This document shows positions 1 through 13,112 of a stretch of DNA of 64,000 bases, piece by piece. The stretch covers positions 744,001 through 808,000 of the forward strand of contig CM074514.1 in NCBI GenBank assembly GCA_037379345.1. Reading direction: 5' to 3'. Position numbers and translations under genes: made by a program. Under the pieces are notes generated by a model. The model was not told the origin of the DNA, searched no databases, and saw only the letters and a program-made list of their open reading frames with translations. This DNA comes from Perna viridis (Eukaryota). Every line of letters starts with the position of its first letter. Within the stretch, counting starts at the first letter, position 1.

Positions 1-300
1 GTCCTCTGCTTTTCTAGAAAAACCGCCGAGTTGCTCATAAAAAGTCAAGTCCAGGGTAGACAAATGAGGAAAGGAAAACTATGACCCGTTGAATAAATCA
101 GTTTTCATAGTGCAGATGGATACACCATAACGATCCATGAGCCCATGACGACGACCATAACACCTCTGCAGCGATGACCTCAATCCTGTAGCAACATAAC
201 TCTACTCCAGAAGCCCATCTGTCAGAGTTCTAGCGTGATACAAAAAGTCTGTGTAGTTTCGGCAAGCTCTGGCACAACGCACGAGTTGCAATACGAACAC
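1..300 (-). mobile_element. Degenerate 3' part of an RT-terminal Penelope-like (Naiad-like) retroelement
   Basis: Near-identical to 49450-49750; covers the RT thumb and 3' UTR. Confidence 0.8.
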
Positions 301-1356
301 CCCAATGTTTTTCAGAAAAAACAGTTGGAGAGAGTTGTTTTGTTGCATTTGTATATTTTTCTGAGTTATTACCAAATTTATACATTAACATTTGTTTTGT
401 AGGGCCCAAGTAGAAAACTGTGATCGATGGGCAGAAAGTCCTTCTCAGCAAGTAGATCTTGCCTTCAACGTTTTCTTCATGATTTATTTCTTCATTCGAG
501 TGAGTATTGCTAGTAATTGCTGTAGCAATGAGAAATCGTTCCTGTGTAGTTGAGATTAAATGGAAGGGTTTCTCTGGAGAATTTCCTTATTTCAGATTTC
601 CCTAGAATATCAATACCATTAGGAAATTGTCTTTTCTTTCATTACTGTCTTTGTAATGGTTTAAACTAAAGGACATAATTAGTTTTGTGAAAAGACTACT
701 ATGTCATTTAGGATTGCTAAGCTTTAGGCCAAAGAAACTAACTGTCTAGCTCACTACTTGATATATCCTGTAAAATTTAGAATTTATTTCAACTTTTGTC
801 TTTATGATATAAATGCTGTTATCTTCTTGTTGAACATATATTTTATGATTTTCACAACATTCTTATGAAACTTGAGATGTTGCTCCCCCTATGAATCATT
901 TCAGAGAGCCCACAAGACAAATCAATGTTCCACTGTTAAACCATGATATATTTATAACTATCTGTATATATATTTACCAATGGTTGAGGTTGGACTAATT
1001 CCAGTAGTAAGAAGCATGAGAACTACTTGGTTAGCTATATGTACCTTTATAAAATCATTCCTCTATTTATAGAAGTAAGCATTAGATGTTTATTAGGTGT
1101 TAGTTTTTATGAATATTTGACGGGCGAGTGTAAAGAGACTTGTCCAAGAAACATCCCTATCATGCAATCATAGGATGTATTGTATACCCTGTGGACATTG
1201 ATGATTTGGTACAGAGTCAGGTTAATACAATTATCATGATAATAATAGAGTTAAGTAAGATGAAATCTTGGCTCTGTTTACATTTTTTATGTCTTTATGA
1301 TTTTTCTTCTCTGTAAAATCTAAGATAGAGTTAGTATATGTAGCACTACATTTAAA

Positions 1357-1510
1357 ACTTTGGTTAAAGATTGATTGTTTGTGGTTGAATGATTGTTTGG
1401 TTAAAGATTGATTGTTTGGATAAAGATTGATTGTTTGTGGTTGAATGATTGTTTGGATAAAGATTGATTGTTTGTGGTTGAATGATTGTTTGGTTGAATG
1501 ATTGTTGTTT
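1357..1510. repeat. Compound low-complexity repeat (aaagattgattgtttg / gttgaatgattgtt)
   Basis: Direct inspection. Confidence 0.85.
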
Positions 1511-1751
1511 AACACATAGCTATGGCAGATATCTACGAAAACATTTGACCAATCAAAAACCTGCTTTGTACTATTCAGACACATTGAGCTGTATACTTTT
1601 ATATTGTGCTAGATCAAGGAAGTAACAGCCGGCAGGTAGGCTTGTTACTCCACTGGTACACATTGTTCTGGGGAATTCAGTCACATCCTTCTTTCTCCCA
1701 TATTCTATGTGCATACCAGAGAAGCAGAGACTGCCAATTTTGGAGCACCAC

Positions 1752-2525
1752 ACCCAGATAGACTTTACAACCTACATCATGCAAGTACCCCACCCCAAGG
1801 CAGAACCTACAACCTACTATAGGCAAGTACCCTACCCTAAGACAGACCTTTCAACCTATATCATGCAAATACCACGTCCCAAGGTAGAACTTACAACCTA
1901 CCGTAGGCAAGCTTGCCACCCAAAGACAACCGAAGTGGAACCTACAACCTACTGTAGGCAAGCATGCCATCCCAAGACAGAACCTACAACCTACTGTAGG
2001 CAAATACCCCACCCCAAGGCAGAACCTACAACCTACTGTAGCCAAATACCCCACCCTAAGGCAGAACCTACAACCTACTATAGGCAAGTACCCTACCCTA
2101 AGACAGACCTTTCAACCTATATCATGCAAATACTATGTCCCAAGGTAGAACTTACAACCTACTGTAGGCAAGCATGCCACCCAAAGACAACTGAAGTGGA
2201 ATCTACAACCTACTGTAGGAAAGCATGCCATCCCAAGACAGAACCTACAACCTACCATAGGCAAATACCCAACTCCAAGGCAGAACCTACAACCTACTGT
2301 GGGCAGGAACCCCACCCCAAAACTGAACCGACAACCTACTGTAGGCAAGCACACCACCCAAAGACAACTGAAGTGGAACCTACAACCTACTATAGGCAAG
2401 CATGCCACCCCAAGGCAGAACCTACAACCTACTGCAGGCAAGCTCACCACCCGAAGACAGACCCTACAACCTACATCATGCAAGTACCCCACCCCATGGC
2501 AGAACTGACAACCTACTGTATGCAA
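1752..2525. repeat. 42/48-bp minisatellite with higher-order structure
   Basis: Core gaacctacaacctactgtaggcaa; about 18 units; produces the 278-aa ORF. Confidence 0.9.
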
Positions 2526-3570
2526 GACAACTTAGGAGGTTGAAAAAGTATAAATTTTCCAATACTGCAAAACCAAATTACCATAATTTTGAGTTTTATA
2601 ATGAAACCCAGCTTAGCCCAGGACCACTATTCCTCCTGCATTATTTTCCAAATGATCTTATATCTGACTGATGTTAGTACCCAGATCACATCTGAGTTCC
2701 TTTGATTTACCCATAATGTTACATTTAATGTCATAATACATGTATTACACTGAATGGTAACAATATAATTAGATTCGGCTTAGTGAGGACTGGGTCATTT
2801 GATCACTATATATACCAGTGTCATGTATATTGACCCCTGTCAAACGGTGGTTAGTACATACAGTTAAACATGCATTTTTACATTGATATTAAAAAAATTA
2901 ATGTACAGTTGATAAATACAATGATATTAAATGACAACAACCTGAAATTAGATATTAGGAAGATTCAATAATGAGAGAATCTATTTTCTTATTGATAAAG
3001 TGTTCACATATTGGCACAACATTTGATTGTCATCAAACTTTAAACATTACAAGTATTAATGTTTTTCTATATACTTTGAAAGTACTTTAATTCATGATAC
3101 AAATTCTTATGGATAGTACTTTCAATGTATTGTTCTTTCTGTCATTAAAAATGATATTCACAGCCAACACAATGCCATCTTCATAAAGAGGACAAGTTCT
3201 GTTATTTCCAGATATATTTATCCATCTCTCATAGTCAATAGCAGTTTTATGATTTACAAAGAGTTGCATTATCTTATTTTTAAGTATATGAATATCTGTC
3301 TCAATGATATCCTTCTGATTTCATTTGCTGTTTCATCCACATTTTATGTTCAAGTTTTTCATGGCTTGACCCATCAGTTCCCTTTCCAAACTTTGGGAAG
3401 TTAGGCAAATTATTTTTTTGCCCCCCAAGCTTACATGCACTGGGTGTAATAATTTACCCTGGTTCTTATTTGTCTGTCCTTCTGTTTATGGAGGTGGGGT
3501 TTATATCTTGTTCAGCCATCTTTTTAAAATGTGTTTCAGATCTTATTTTCACTGCTATGACAGCATTATA

Positions 3571-3706
3571 AGACAAGTAAATTTCTTGTCATGTCTGTAT
3601 GTAAAGACAAGTAAAGTTCCTGTTCGGACTGTTTGTAAAGACAAGTGAAGTTCCTGTTTGGACTGTTTGTAAGGACAAGTAAAGTTCCTGTCCAGACTGT
3701 TTGTAA
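3571..3706. repeat. 34-bp tandem repeat x4 just upstream of the S3 exon acceptor
   Basis: agacaagtaaagttcctgttcggactgtttgtaa. Confidence 0.85.
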
Positions 3707-3735
3707 ATATTTATAGAATCCTTCTTTTTTTCCAG

Positions 3736-3847
3736 TTTGTTGCAGCGAACGACAAGTTGTTGTTCTGGTTGGAAATATTTTCTTTCGTCGATTATTTCAC
3801 CATACCTCCATCATTTGTGGCAATCTATTTGGACAGAAACTGGCTGG
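3736..3847 (+). CDS. KCNMA1: Slo1 exon, S3 region ([38 protein letters not shown])
   Basis: tttttccag acceptor, gtatgt donor, 112 nt, phase 0-1; manual translation matches Slo1. Confidence 0.95.
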
Positions 3848-4037
3848 GTATGTATCATGTGTTAAGATTTTATAGAGAAAATATTGGTGTCTTTAAATTA
3901 TGCTTAAGTTTTTACAATAAGAATCCACATAGTTAATAATATATTGTGATGATTACAAGATAAATAAGAATTGTACATTGGTTGAAATTGTCTTAAATAT
4001 TTAGTTTTGATGAAAAAATAAACTAACCTTGGTGAGT

Positions 4038-4243
4038 TCTGGACAAATACTAGATATGATGTCAAGTTTGTTATCTTCTGGACAAATATTGTGTATGGTG
4101 TCAGGTTTTGTTGGTGGCATAAGGTTTGTTATCTTAGTGATGTCAAGTTTGTTATCTTATGGACACATATTGTATATGGTGTCAGGTTTTGTTGGTGGCA
4201 TAAGGTTTGTTATCTTAGTGATGTCAAGTTTGTTTTCTTCTGA
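4038..4243. repeat. 82-bp tandem repeat, about 2.5 copies
   Basis: gatgtcaagtttgttatcttctggacaaatattg... Confidence 0.85.
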
Positions 4244-5224
4244 ATTGTAACTTGGTATATACATAGTTGAAACTGTTCAATGTTATTATCTGTGTTGATG
4301 TTTTTTTTCTTTAATTATTCTAGTTAATTTTAATATGATAGAAGGTTGGGATGAACCCACTAGTCTGGTTATTTCAATCATTAATTTACCTCATTTAAAG
4401 GACTCAATCAAAGGTCATATTTAAGTCCATTTCTGAGCATTTTATGAAAGGTTTTAAGGCCTTTGAATTCTAGACTGTCAAATAATAATTAATGATGGAC
4501 TTTCTAAAAGTTAATAATGCTGTACAGATATAAGATTAATGAATGGGCTTTCCAAAGAATTGTGACAGTTTAGACCAAAGTTTGATATTAAATATTTATT
4601 ATGAGTGATTGTCCATACAGAACCAGAACCAGCCCTCATCACTGCCTATTGTATCTAGTTTTTAGAATTCGTTTCTTTTCAATATTGTTATATAATTGAA
4701 AATTTCTCTATTGCTACAATGATAGATTTTCAAAAGATAGCATTCAGATGTATTGTATGTAATTGGAAAAAGGATCAAAATATTTTATTGATTAATGCAC
4801 AACTTCTGAAATGTTGACAAGTTCAAGTTTTAAATTTACTAAGAAATCTTGTTTCAACTTGATAATTAATTGAATATTATTTTTTTGTTCACTTTCTTAG
4901 TTGATACAACCAATTTAATAGTAAAGTTGAAATCTTTAAAAAAAAGTCTGTCAGTCTGTCACACCTGTGTTACATGTTATGAAGACTGAGTCACATCACA
5001 TGAAAAACCTACTGATATAATATTGTGTTGCGAGAAGTATTGTGTATTACACAATCTTGGGAATGTAAAGCATATTATATTACAAATGATATTCCAAATT
5101 ATTCATTTGATGCTATATTTGTGTTAGTATAATGTAATTTTCTGCATGGTTACTTTTGGTAACTTTCTGTATTCAATTTTGTTGTGCTGAAAGATGCCAA
5201 ATTTTTATTGCCACTAGAAAAAGG

Positions 5225-5562
5225 GAGGGATGGGTAGGGTCGGGCAATTTAGCCTCCTGTGGCAGAGTGCAAAGGTTCCTACTCCTATTGAATACCACAG
5301 CAGGGCTCTTTAATGAGCGAGGAACGTGGCATCTTTCCCAATACGGTGCACCACTATGGTTTGCGGTCAGGTTTTCTGTATTATAGCCTGACAACACCAG
5401 CATGTAACATGCCAGGGGCACCTGGGGCACACATCCCAGTTGCTCTGTGGGCAGAGTGCCTAACCCCCGGCTAGGTTTCTGAGCACTATTTAGTCGCCTT
5501 TTACAACAAGCTTAGCGCTGCTGTAGGCCTATTATTTTGACACCCAGCCTTGCATGGGGCCG
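5225..5562. mobile_element. Probable SINE (Meta/MESC-like)
   Basis: GC-rich island containing ttagtcgccttttacaacaagc, resembling a molluscan SINE core from memory. Confidence 0.45.
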
Positions 5563-5576
5563 GAATAGAACTATAA

Positions 5577-5729
5577 GGATTAAACTGCTATTTTCGGTTG
5601 TTCATGGATGTATGAAGGGATCTCTCCATTCCCAAACATTACATGAATGGCCTTCGGCTGTTCATTGAGCTTTGGGGCTCTGAGATCCGTCCATACATCC
5701 ATGAACAACCGAAAATAGCTGTTTAATCC
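5577..5729. mobile_element. Foldback MITE with ~45-bp terminal inverted repeats
   Basis: ggattaaactgctattttcggttgttcatggatgtatg ... catacatccatgaacaaccgaaaatagctgtttaatcc. Confidence 0.8.
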
Positions 5730-8700
5730 AATAATATTCAAGAAACAGTCAACTTCCTAAATAAGTTCATTATATACTCTGGTTTTTCTCTGATTTGACT
5801 GAAAATAAAATAAAAAAAAACCTATGGATTTAGAAAATCATTATTGAAAATTTCTATCCTTGACTTTGATAAACATGTGTCTTAAAATGTTCCTATAATA
5901 TTCTGTATAATAATCAGATTATACCATGCCTCCCCTGTTTGACCTCTATATATAGTATTATAAACCAGTTATTTTCCACGCCATGTGTTTGTATTAACAT
6001 TTGTTACTTCTGTAGATGATATTGATGGTTGAAATCCAATCTTTGTTGTTCAGTTCAGATGCATGAAATTGTATATTACTGTAATCCTGTAAAAAAATGA
6101 AAAAACACAGAGCTGTTTTCAACAACAAAACAATCATTATGTGCATGATTGTGCTCATTGCACAGGTAATAAAGGAATAACTAAAAAAACCTATTTAAAA
6201 GATTCATTGATGGCCCTAGTGTTAGTTCAGTTTTAGCTCATGTCATGTTTCTTCATCAGACTTAAGAGTCTAGGATGATGTTATAAGGGATCTAAATAGG
6301 AGAGCATTGAAAGTGTTGGATGTTTTTGGTTAGGGGTCTTTGTGATTAGAGATGGTCCAAAGGTCCTAGGCCCTTGGTACCTTTGCAGTTAGAATGGGTT
6401 ACCAAAGGCTTTAACTTAACATCATTTAGAAAGGAATTTTATTTTTGTCTTGGAAGGTCTTTTTGGGTAACATTCAATAAGTTGTATACTTTTCATTCTT
6501 TGAAGCCAATCTGGGACTCAGATAGGCATTAACATTACATCTATGTTTGACTACTACATACTTTATGTATCTTAAGCTACAGTTTCTCAATATACAAGAT
6601 TCATGAAAATTTATAATAATCCTGTTTTTAAGCAAACAATTTTTGACAAGTTGAAAATATTGATAATTTTATCATATACAGACTTGTCATGGTTTTCTTT
6701 AGGAACACAGTTGATACTATCCATACTAAATACAAGTTAATTGAATAAGGTTATTACATGGCTATTGGGGAATATGGTCCTGAGTAATTTTGAATATTGC
6801 AATAAATCTATCTTTATGTTATAAAATTAGAATCTTAGCTTTTTCATCAATGATTTAAAAAAATACTTTTATATTAAAATCCCCTAAAAGTGATAATTTT
6901 GATTTAAATATTATATTTCTGAGCCATCAGGTTTAGGCACTTTGATAGTTCAGTGACTAAATGCCATACATTTAAGTTCCAATAGTTGTTGCTGAGTCTG
7001 TCAAATAAATTGATCTGTTTGTTTAATGTAGCTTGATTAATGGCAGGCTTCTTATAAAACTATATTTAAATTTTACATCTGGGGGAAATTTAATTTCTTT
7101 GTGCAGACTTCTTAAGTCTTTTTCCATTGATTTTATGTCAGAACTTTATGTTATGATGTATATATAGGAAACCAGATTTTCTAACAATACATGTAGCTAT
7201 TTGTTTAGATAATATAACAAAATTGCTATGGAGTCTGACACTGTTGCTGTCACACTGAATAAGGAAACGTGTTGTATGTTACTTTGTACAATTGCTGCTG
7301 TTGCTAAGCAAATATTTAGTATAGGTTCCTTGACCGAGTCTGATGACCGAGTCATGTCTAAATCTATTTTTATAACTACACATTAAACCTGCACATAGTA
7401 ATGAGCAATTATCTTGAGTTGTTAAAAAAGGGGGAGGGTCTTTGTTTTCTGTTCTCCCCATATAAAGTAAGGGGAGGTAAGTTCTTCCATGGTTCAACCT
7501 GGTGGTACAATTAAACTTGAGTGTTTAGTTTTCTAATATGGTAATTATGTTTTAGAAGACTTTCTTTTCTTTGAACCAAGTAATTGATTTTGTAAGCTTT
7601 TCTTTAATTAAGTTGATTATTTGTTTATTTACCCATTCTGTGCCAGACTTAAGACTATATCTTTACAACTACAGCTTGCATGTTTTCTCTTGTTAATTTT
7701 TTTGTTCTGATTCATTCATGGTTGACAGTTTATAATAGAAATCAGATGAAGAATATTTCCCTCACGGTAATGTTTAATTCATCAATAAAGGTAGTTATAT
7801 CTCTAGGCCTGGTATCTCTGCCTGTTTTTGTCAACATACATCATTGAGACAAACTTTAATATGAAATCATTTAGTATTAATGAAGGTATAGGTTACATTT
7901 ATGATGCGAAAAGTTCCTGCCTGTTTATTCTTTTGTCATGAATACCGGTAGTATATACATGTATACAGTGTTTCTAAGTAACAGTACAACATGCCTGTGT
8001 TTGTCATTTAAAACCGTAGCAACCTCATGTCACTGTTTGCTAGTCCACTTGTGAAACTGTGATCCGATGAAAAACACAAAGATTCAAATATTACTCCTGA
8101 TACTGGGATTTCATTATCAAATTCATTGCAAACACAAAGACCCAAACACAAAGACCCAAATATTAAAATGAAATGAATAAGTGTAATTGATCAGTAAACA
8201 GTATCATGATTGTGATGCTGGTTTCCATTAAAGTTTTTTAATCAATAGATTTTATAAGTGGTAGATTGAAAGCTTCTTGTTCAATTTTAATGTGATATGA
8301 AAAAGTTTTTAGAGGGCTAGTGTTGTATTTAATCAGAAGCTAAAAGGTGGTTTATTTTTTTGTATTGACTTTGTTTCTAATGTTCCATGGATTCCTGAGT
8401 TTGTGATGTTATAACTGTTAGATTGTAGAAAAGTTTAATGCCAGAATAGTTTACACAATTATATAAATAAGACCATAGTAAAGGCATCTCAAAACAGAAA
8501 AAAAATCCTGAATTTATGGAATTTATAAGCTTTCACTTTCAAAAATAAAAACTTTTTGACTATTATTATAGAGAGGCAAAACAGAATACAGAATTGATTA
8601 TTCTTAACTATAAATGAGAAACATTGTTATGTCAACAGAAAGACTAATCAGGACCCCCCACCCCCCATCCCCTTGTGCTGATTATGGTCAAAGTTAAGCA

Positions 8701-10653
8701 AGTAATAGCATGGATTCTCCGTTGTGTTTGGAAGGAATCCCCTCTTTCCGAAATCTTTGTGTCGACCTCTGGTATTCGTAATAAATCATACAATTGTTTG
8801 TTTTCTGTATAGCTTGATCTCAATGGTGTGTCCAGAACATTGACTTCTTCTTCATGGCAGGAGGATTTCCACTGCTGTTTACAGAAAAGTAGTAGTTAAC
8901 AGGGCATCATGATGAAATCTTATATTTCTGATTTCCCTTTTTGTCATTGAATATTGGAATTCAACAGCATCATGCTGGGTGGTGTGGTCAAATCTTTTGT
9001 CACACTTTAGCATATAATTTCACTTTGTCATGGCAAGGGAAGTCTTGTTTATCATTTGTTTAGTATCAAAAGCAATGAAGCAATTAGGAAAAAAACTAGA
9101 ATATATATTGACCATGATTCTTTGATGATATTTGGAATGATATTAATCCATAATGACATATTACACCAAAATCTCTTTTGTTTAATCCTACAACCATCAA
9201 TAAAGTACAGAGAGAAATTATAATTCTGGTGGTAAAATGTGTCATTGATTATAGTGTTTTAGGTCGACTTTAGGTCAACAAGATATTGGAATCCCTTGTA
9301 GTGTAAAATAACCAATATGATAAGAAATGTAATTAAGTCTATTATAGATACAACTCTTCGAGGAATCGAGTCAGTTTTGGGACCATAATGCAGTCAATTT
9401 AATGGGTTGTGATACCACTAAGAAGCAAATCTGGCTCACATTTAAATGTTTTAGATTATGTGACATCCTATGATTGCTATGAGTATACTGAATTGATAAT
9501 AACATTGTCTATGATGATTGTCTCCAGTGATTCAGAGTAATTGATGTTTTCTGATTTTATTGATGCTGGTAATTAAGTTATAATCACTGAGCTGTCAAAG
9601 ACAAATTTATTTCTACATATTGCTGTTATTGCTTCAGTATCATTTTTCAATCATAATAAAAAATTTCCCAAAAATTTGTCTCTACAAATTTCAAGTGTGA
9701 TAAAAGGTTAAGTAAGACTGTAATAGACTATATGTCATCTTATCTTGATCAGCTGGTATATTTATACATCATACAGTAGTTTTAGAATTGACCAATTTAA
9801 ATTGAATATGCAACAGCTTGAAAACTGAAAACTGTAATATTAAGTAAAATACTTTAATTAAGAAAGAAAGAGCTGCAGACTGGCTTATATAGATACTTAT
9901 CTAGTAGCAAACATAAGCTTGTTGAAAATAATTGGGCCTTTAATTGATGAGCAATTATGTAAAGTTAATGATTTGTTAGTACAGCAAGCACCTGTGTTAC
10001 ATTCTTCACAATTACTGCATCTAATGAAAGATGGATTGATTTGATGAAATCTTTCATCTGTTCATCTTAAAAAGAGCTGTTCAGATTATTGTTAGAAAGA
10101 ACTTTTATATTTTGGTGCCCAGACCTACCTAAGAGTCAAGATTATAATAAAGGGAAAATGTAACCAAAATGGCTTTAGTCATTGAAACAAGCCATTAGAA
10201 TGACCATTTCTCTTACATTCTACATTCAGCTATAATATTGCTATGACACATCAGATTTAACAGAATTATCTGCTCTGTAAGTATTAAAGTCAATTGATAT
10301 TGTAATTATTTGATAATTAGTGTAAATAAGATAACTAGATATGTTTTATGAAGAACTCATGGTAAAGTATTACTGACCGAGATCATTCCATGATGATAGG
10401 CATTTCTATTTAAATAACGGTTTGATTTCCATTTAATGACACCGTCCATGCAAAACCGGACAGGGTAATCAAGGATATTATGAAGCCCCTCAGTCAGTCA
10501 TTTGATACCTTGATGTCAACCAACTGACAGTTGAATGGTCAGTTGGTTGACATGCTGATTGGTGGTGTAATGCTGTACAATTACGCTCTGCATTGTGGTC
10601 ACTATCCAGTTCAGAGACTTGGGGAAATATATGTTGTGTATTTATTTTTTCAG

Positions 10654-10805
10654 GTTTAAGGTTTTTAAGAGCCTTGAGGCTGATGTCGATTCCAGATATC
10701 CTGACATACCTAAACATGCTACAGACCAGCACCATGATCAGACTCTGTCAGATGGTTACATATTTTATAAGTCTGTGGCTCGCTTCTGGAGGTTTCTTAC
10801 ATTTA
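10654..10805 (+). CDS. KCNMA1: Slo1 exon, S4-S5 ([17 protein letters not shown]...GGFLHL)
   Basis: ttttcag / gtaagt, 152 nt, within ORF 10593..10862. Confidence 0.96.
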
Positions 10806-12094
10806 GTAAGTTTTGTACTAAATACTAAAATGGCCTTGGTATCATTGCCATTGAAGTCATAAGAATTTATCACACTTGTTGATATACCTAGTGAAAGTAA
10901 GTACAGTATAGAAAGAATTAAAATTTTAGAGTTAGCCATTTTATATTTTTTTTCTCTTTCTTTCAGCATGCATAAGTTTCTGCAACAGATTTCAATGAAT
11001 TTTGTTTCAGTGAAATACAGTTTGCTTTATGAATGGACTACAGAATATATAACTGACTATTTCTTAAACCAGTTGGTTAATAATAGATTTCAATGAAAAA
11101 CAGTTGTATCAGCTGATTATCAGAGCTAACTTTTGTGATTATGACTTACAATGACTACTGTCTATTACAAACAGCTTGCTTTAAGGAATTCTCTGTAATG
11201 ACTTCCATTATATAAAATTGATGATTGTTATATTTATAGAGAAAGCCTCAGAATTAATCTGTACTATGTCTCCTTCAAATTATTTTACTTAAATTAGAAG
11301 TTCCAACATCTATCATGTTTATAGCATCTGATGCAAAATGATTCATATTTTTCATTTTGAATTTGTTTACAAGACATTAGCTTTGAAGTCATCATTAAAT
11401 GTATTGAAGTGGATGTTTAGGGAAGATGTAGATTTATTCTGTATTGACTAGCATACCATAGTACAAAATATGTTAGATTAGGTTAATGTTTTATTGACTG
11501 TTTTACTATCATACATATTTATTATGGTCTGTGTATTGAATTAGGATGTTCATCTGTCTCATCCTCAATTCCTCCTGGTTGGATTTCAAGGATTGATCAT
11601 TGTAGACCTATATTTAGATTTTGATTAAATGAGGTTTTCCATTAGCATAACTTAACTATGAGCTCAGATGGTTGGACTCCAATACCGGTATGATGTATCC
11701 ATTCTCTTTCTGACAAACGAAGGGTTCAGTTTTAATTCAAAGATTTATAAGTCCTTTACTTCCTGCATCATAAATGAAAGGTCTGCCAGAAGAACAATAA
11801 GATTAAAGTATGAAAGGCCCAACACCTAGGTAATTAAAATTTCAATGGACCTACACCTGAAATTGAGGGTCCCAGGACTTGGACCAATCTTATTTGAAAC
11901 TGTGCAAACAATTCTGTGATGCTTTTTTACCTCTTATTTTTATAAATTCAGGTTTAAATCAAAACTATGGAATTGAATAGAATATGGGTATAAAACCTGA
12001 GTATACATGTCATGGTGGTGCTACATACATACTCACAGTAATTCTAGATAAATCTTGATCTTTGAATTAAAATAGTGATGATTTATATTTGAAG

Positions 12095-12265
12095 GTTGAA
12101 AGTTCGGGAGATCCTTGGAGGAATTTTGAGAATGATAAAGATTTAACATATTGGGAATGTTTATATTTCCTGTTAGTTACCATGTCAACAGTGGGGTATG
12201 GTGACATCAGTGCCAAGACAGATATTGGACGAATCTTTATTTGTATCTTTATATTGGTCAGCATT
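12095..12265 (+). CDS. KCNMA1: Slo1 exon, pore helix, TVGYGD filter and first half of S6
   Basis: aag / gtaagt, 171 nt, within ORF 12089..12301. Confidence 0.96.
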
Positions 12266-13020
12266 GTAAGTATCATCTCTGTATACAGCAGTCAATGGTG
12301 ACTAAGGCCTTTGATATATCAAAGGAAGAATGGCTTTACAGGTTTTTCATATATTTTGAACCAATATAAGAAATTCATTTTAAAAAGCGAAGAATAATAC
12401 ACATAATAACATGTATGAATATCATAATATTTTCCTTATGGTCTCTTAAATAACAGACAAATGTATGTCATATGGTTTTGGAAAAAAAAAATGAATGTTG
12501 TATGCAGACACTGGTATATATCAACACCTACCCTAAATCATGTTTGTATAACATAAAAACATATCAGGTATGTTACAGTTTTTCTTCTGTAGATACATAC
12601 TATATAAACATTTTGATAAGTTAAATTTTATTCTTTCAATGACATCAACTTTTTCATGTTTTTTTTTGCACTTAATTTCAATGGTTTTGAATTCATTAGT
12701 TGTATTTTGTTATCTGTGTTCTAAAATATAATACAGTTTGATCAGAATTTGAATATGTGGCTCTGATTGATTTTAAACCAAGACATTCTGTTGTTGCTGG
12801 AATTGATAACAACTGAAATCAAAATCTTGGTCATATTTATACTGATACATCAAACAGAAGCTGGTATTTATACTGATACATCAAACAGAAGCTTTTTAAT
12901 ACAGTCTAGTCTGTCCTCAATAGATTTATTAAAGGACTCTTTTTCTCACTATACTGATTATACCTTTAACAGATAAACTAAAGCCATTCAAAGCTGAATC
13001 ATTTTATTCGCTTAATTTAG

Positions 13021-13112
13021 GGTATGTTTGCCAGTTTTGTTCCTGAATTGTTGGAGATATTTGGTAGACGTCAAGTTTATGGCGGTTCATACAAAAAAGA
13101 AAGAGGAAAAAA
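13021..13112 (+). CDS. KCNMA1: Slo1 exon, S6 end and C-linker ([31 protein letters not shown])
   Basis: tttag / gtaagt, 92 nt, phase 0-2. Confidence 0.95.
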
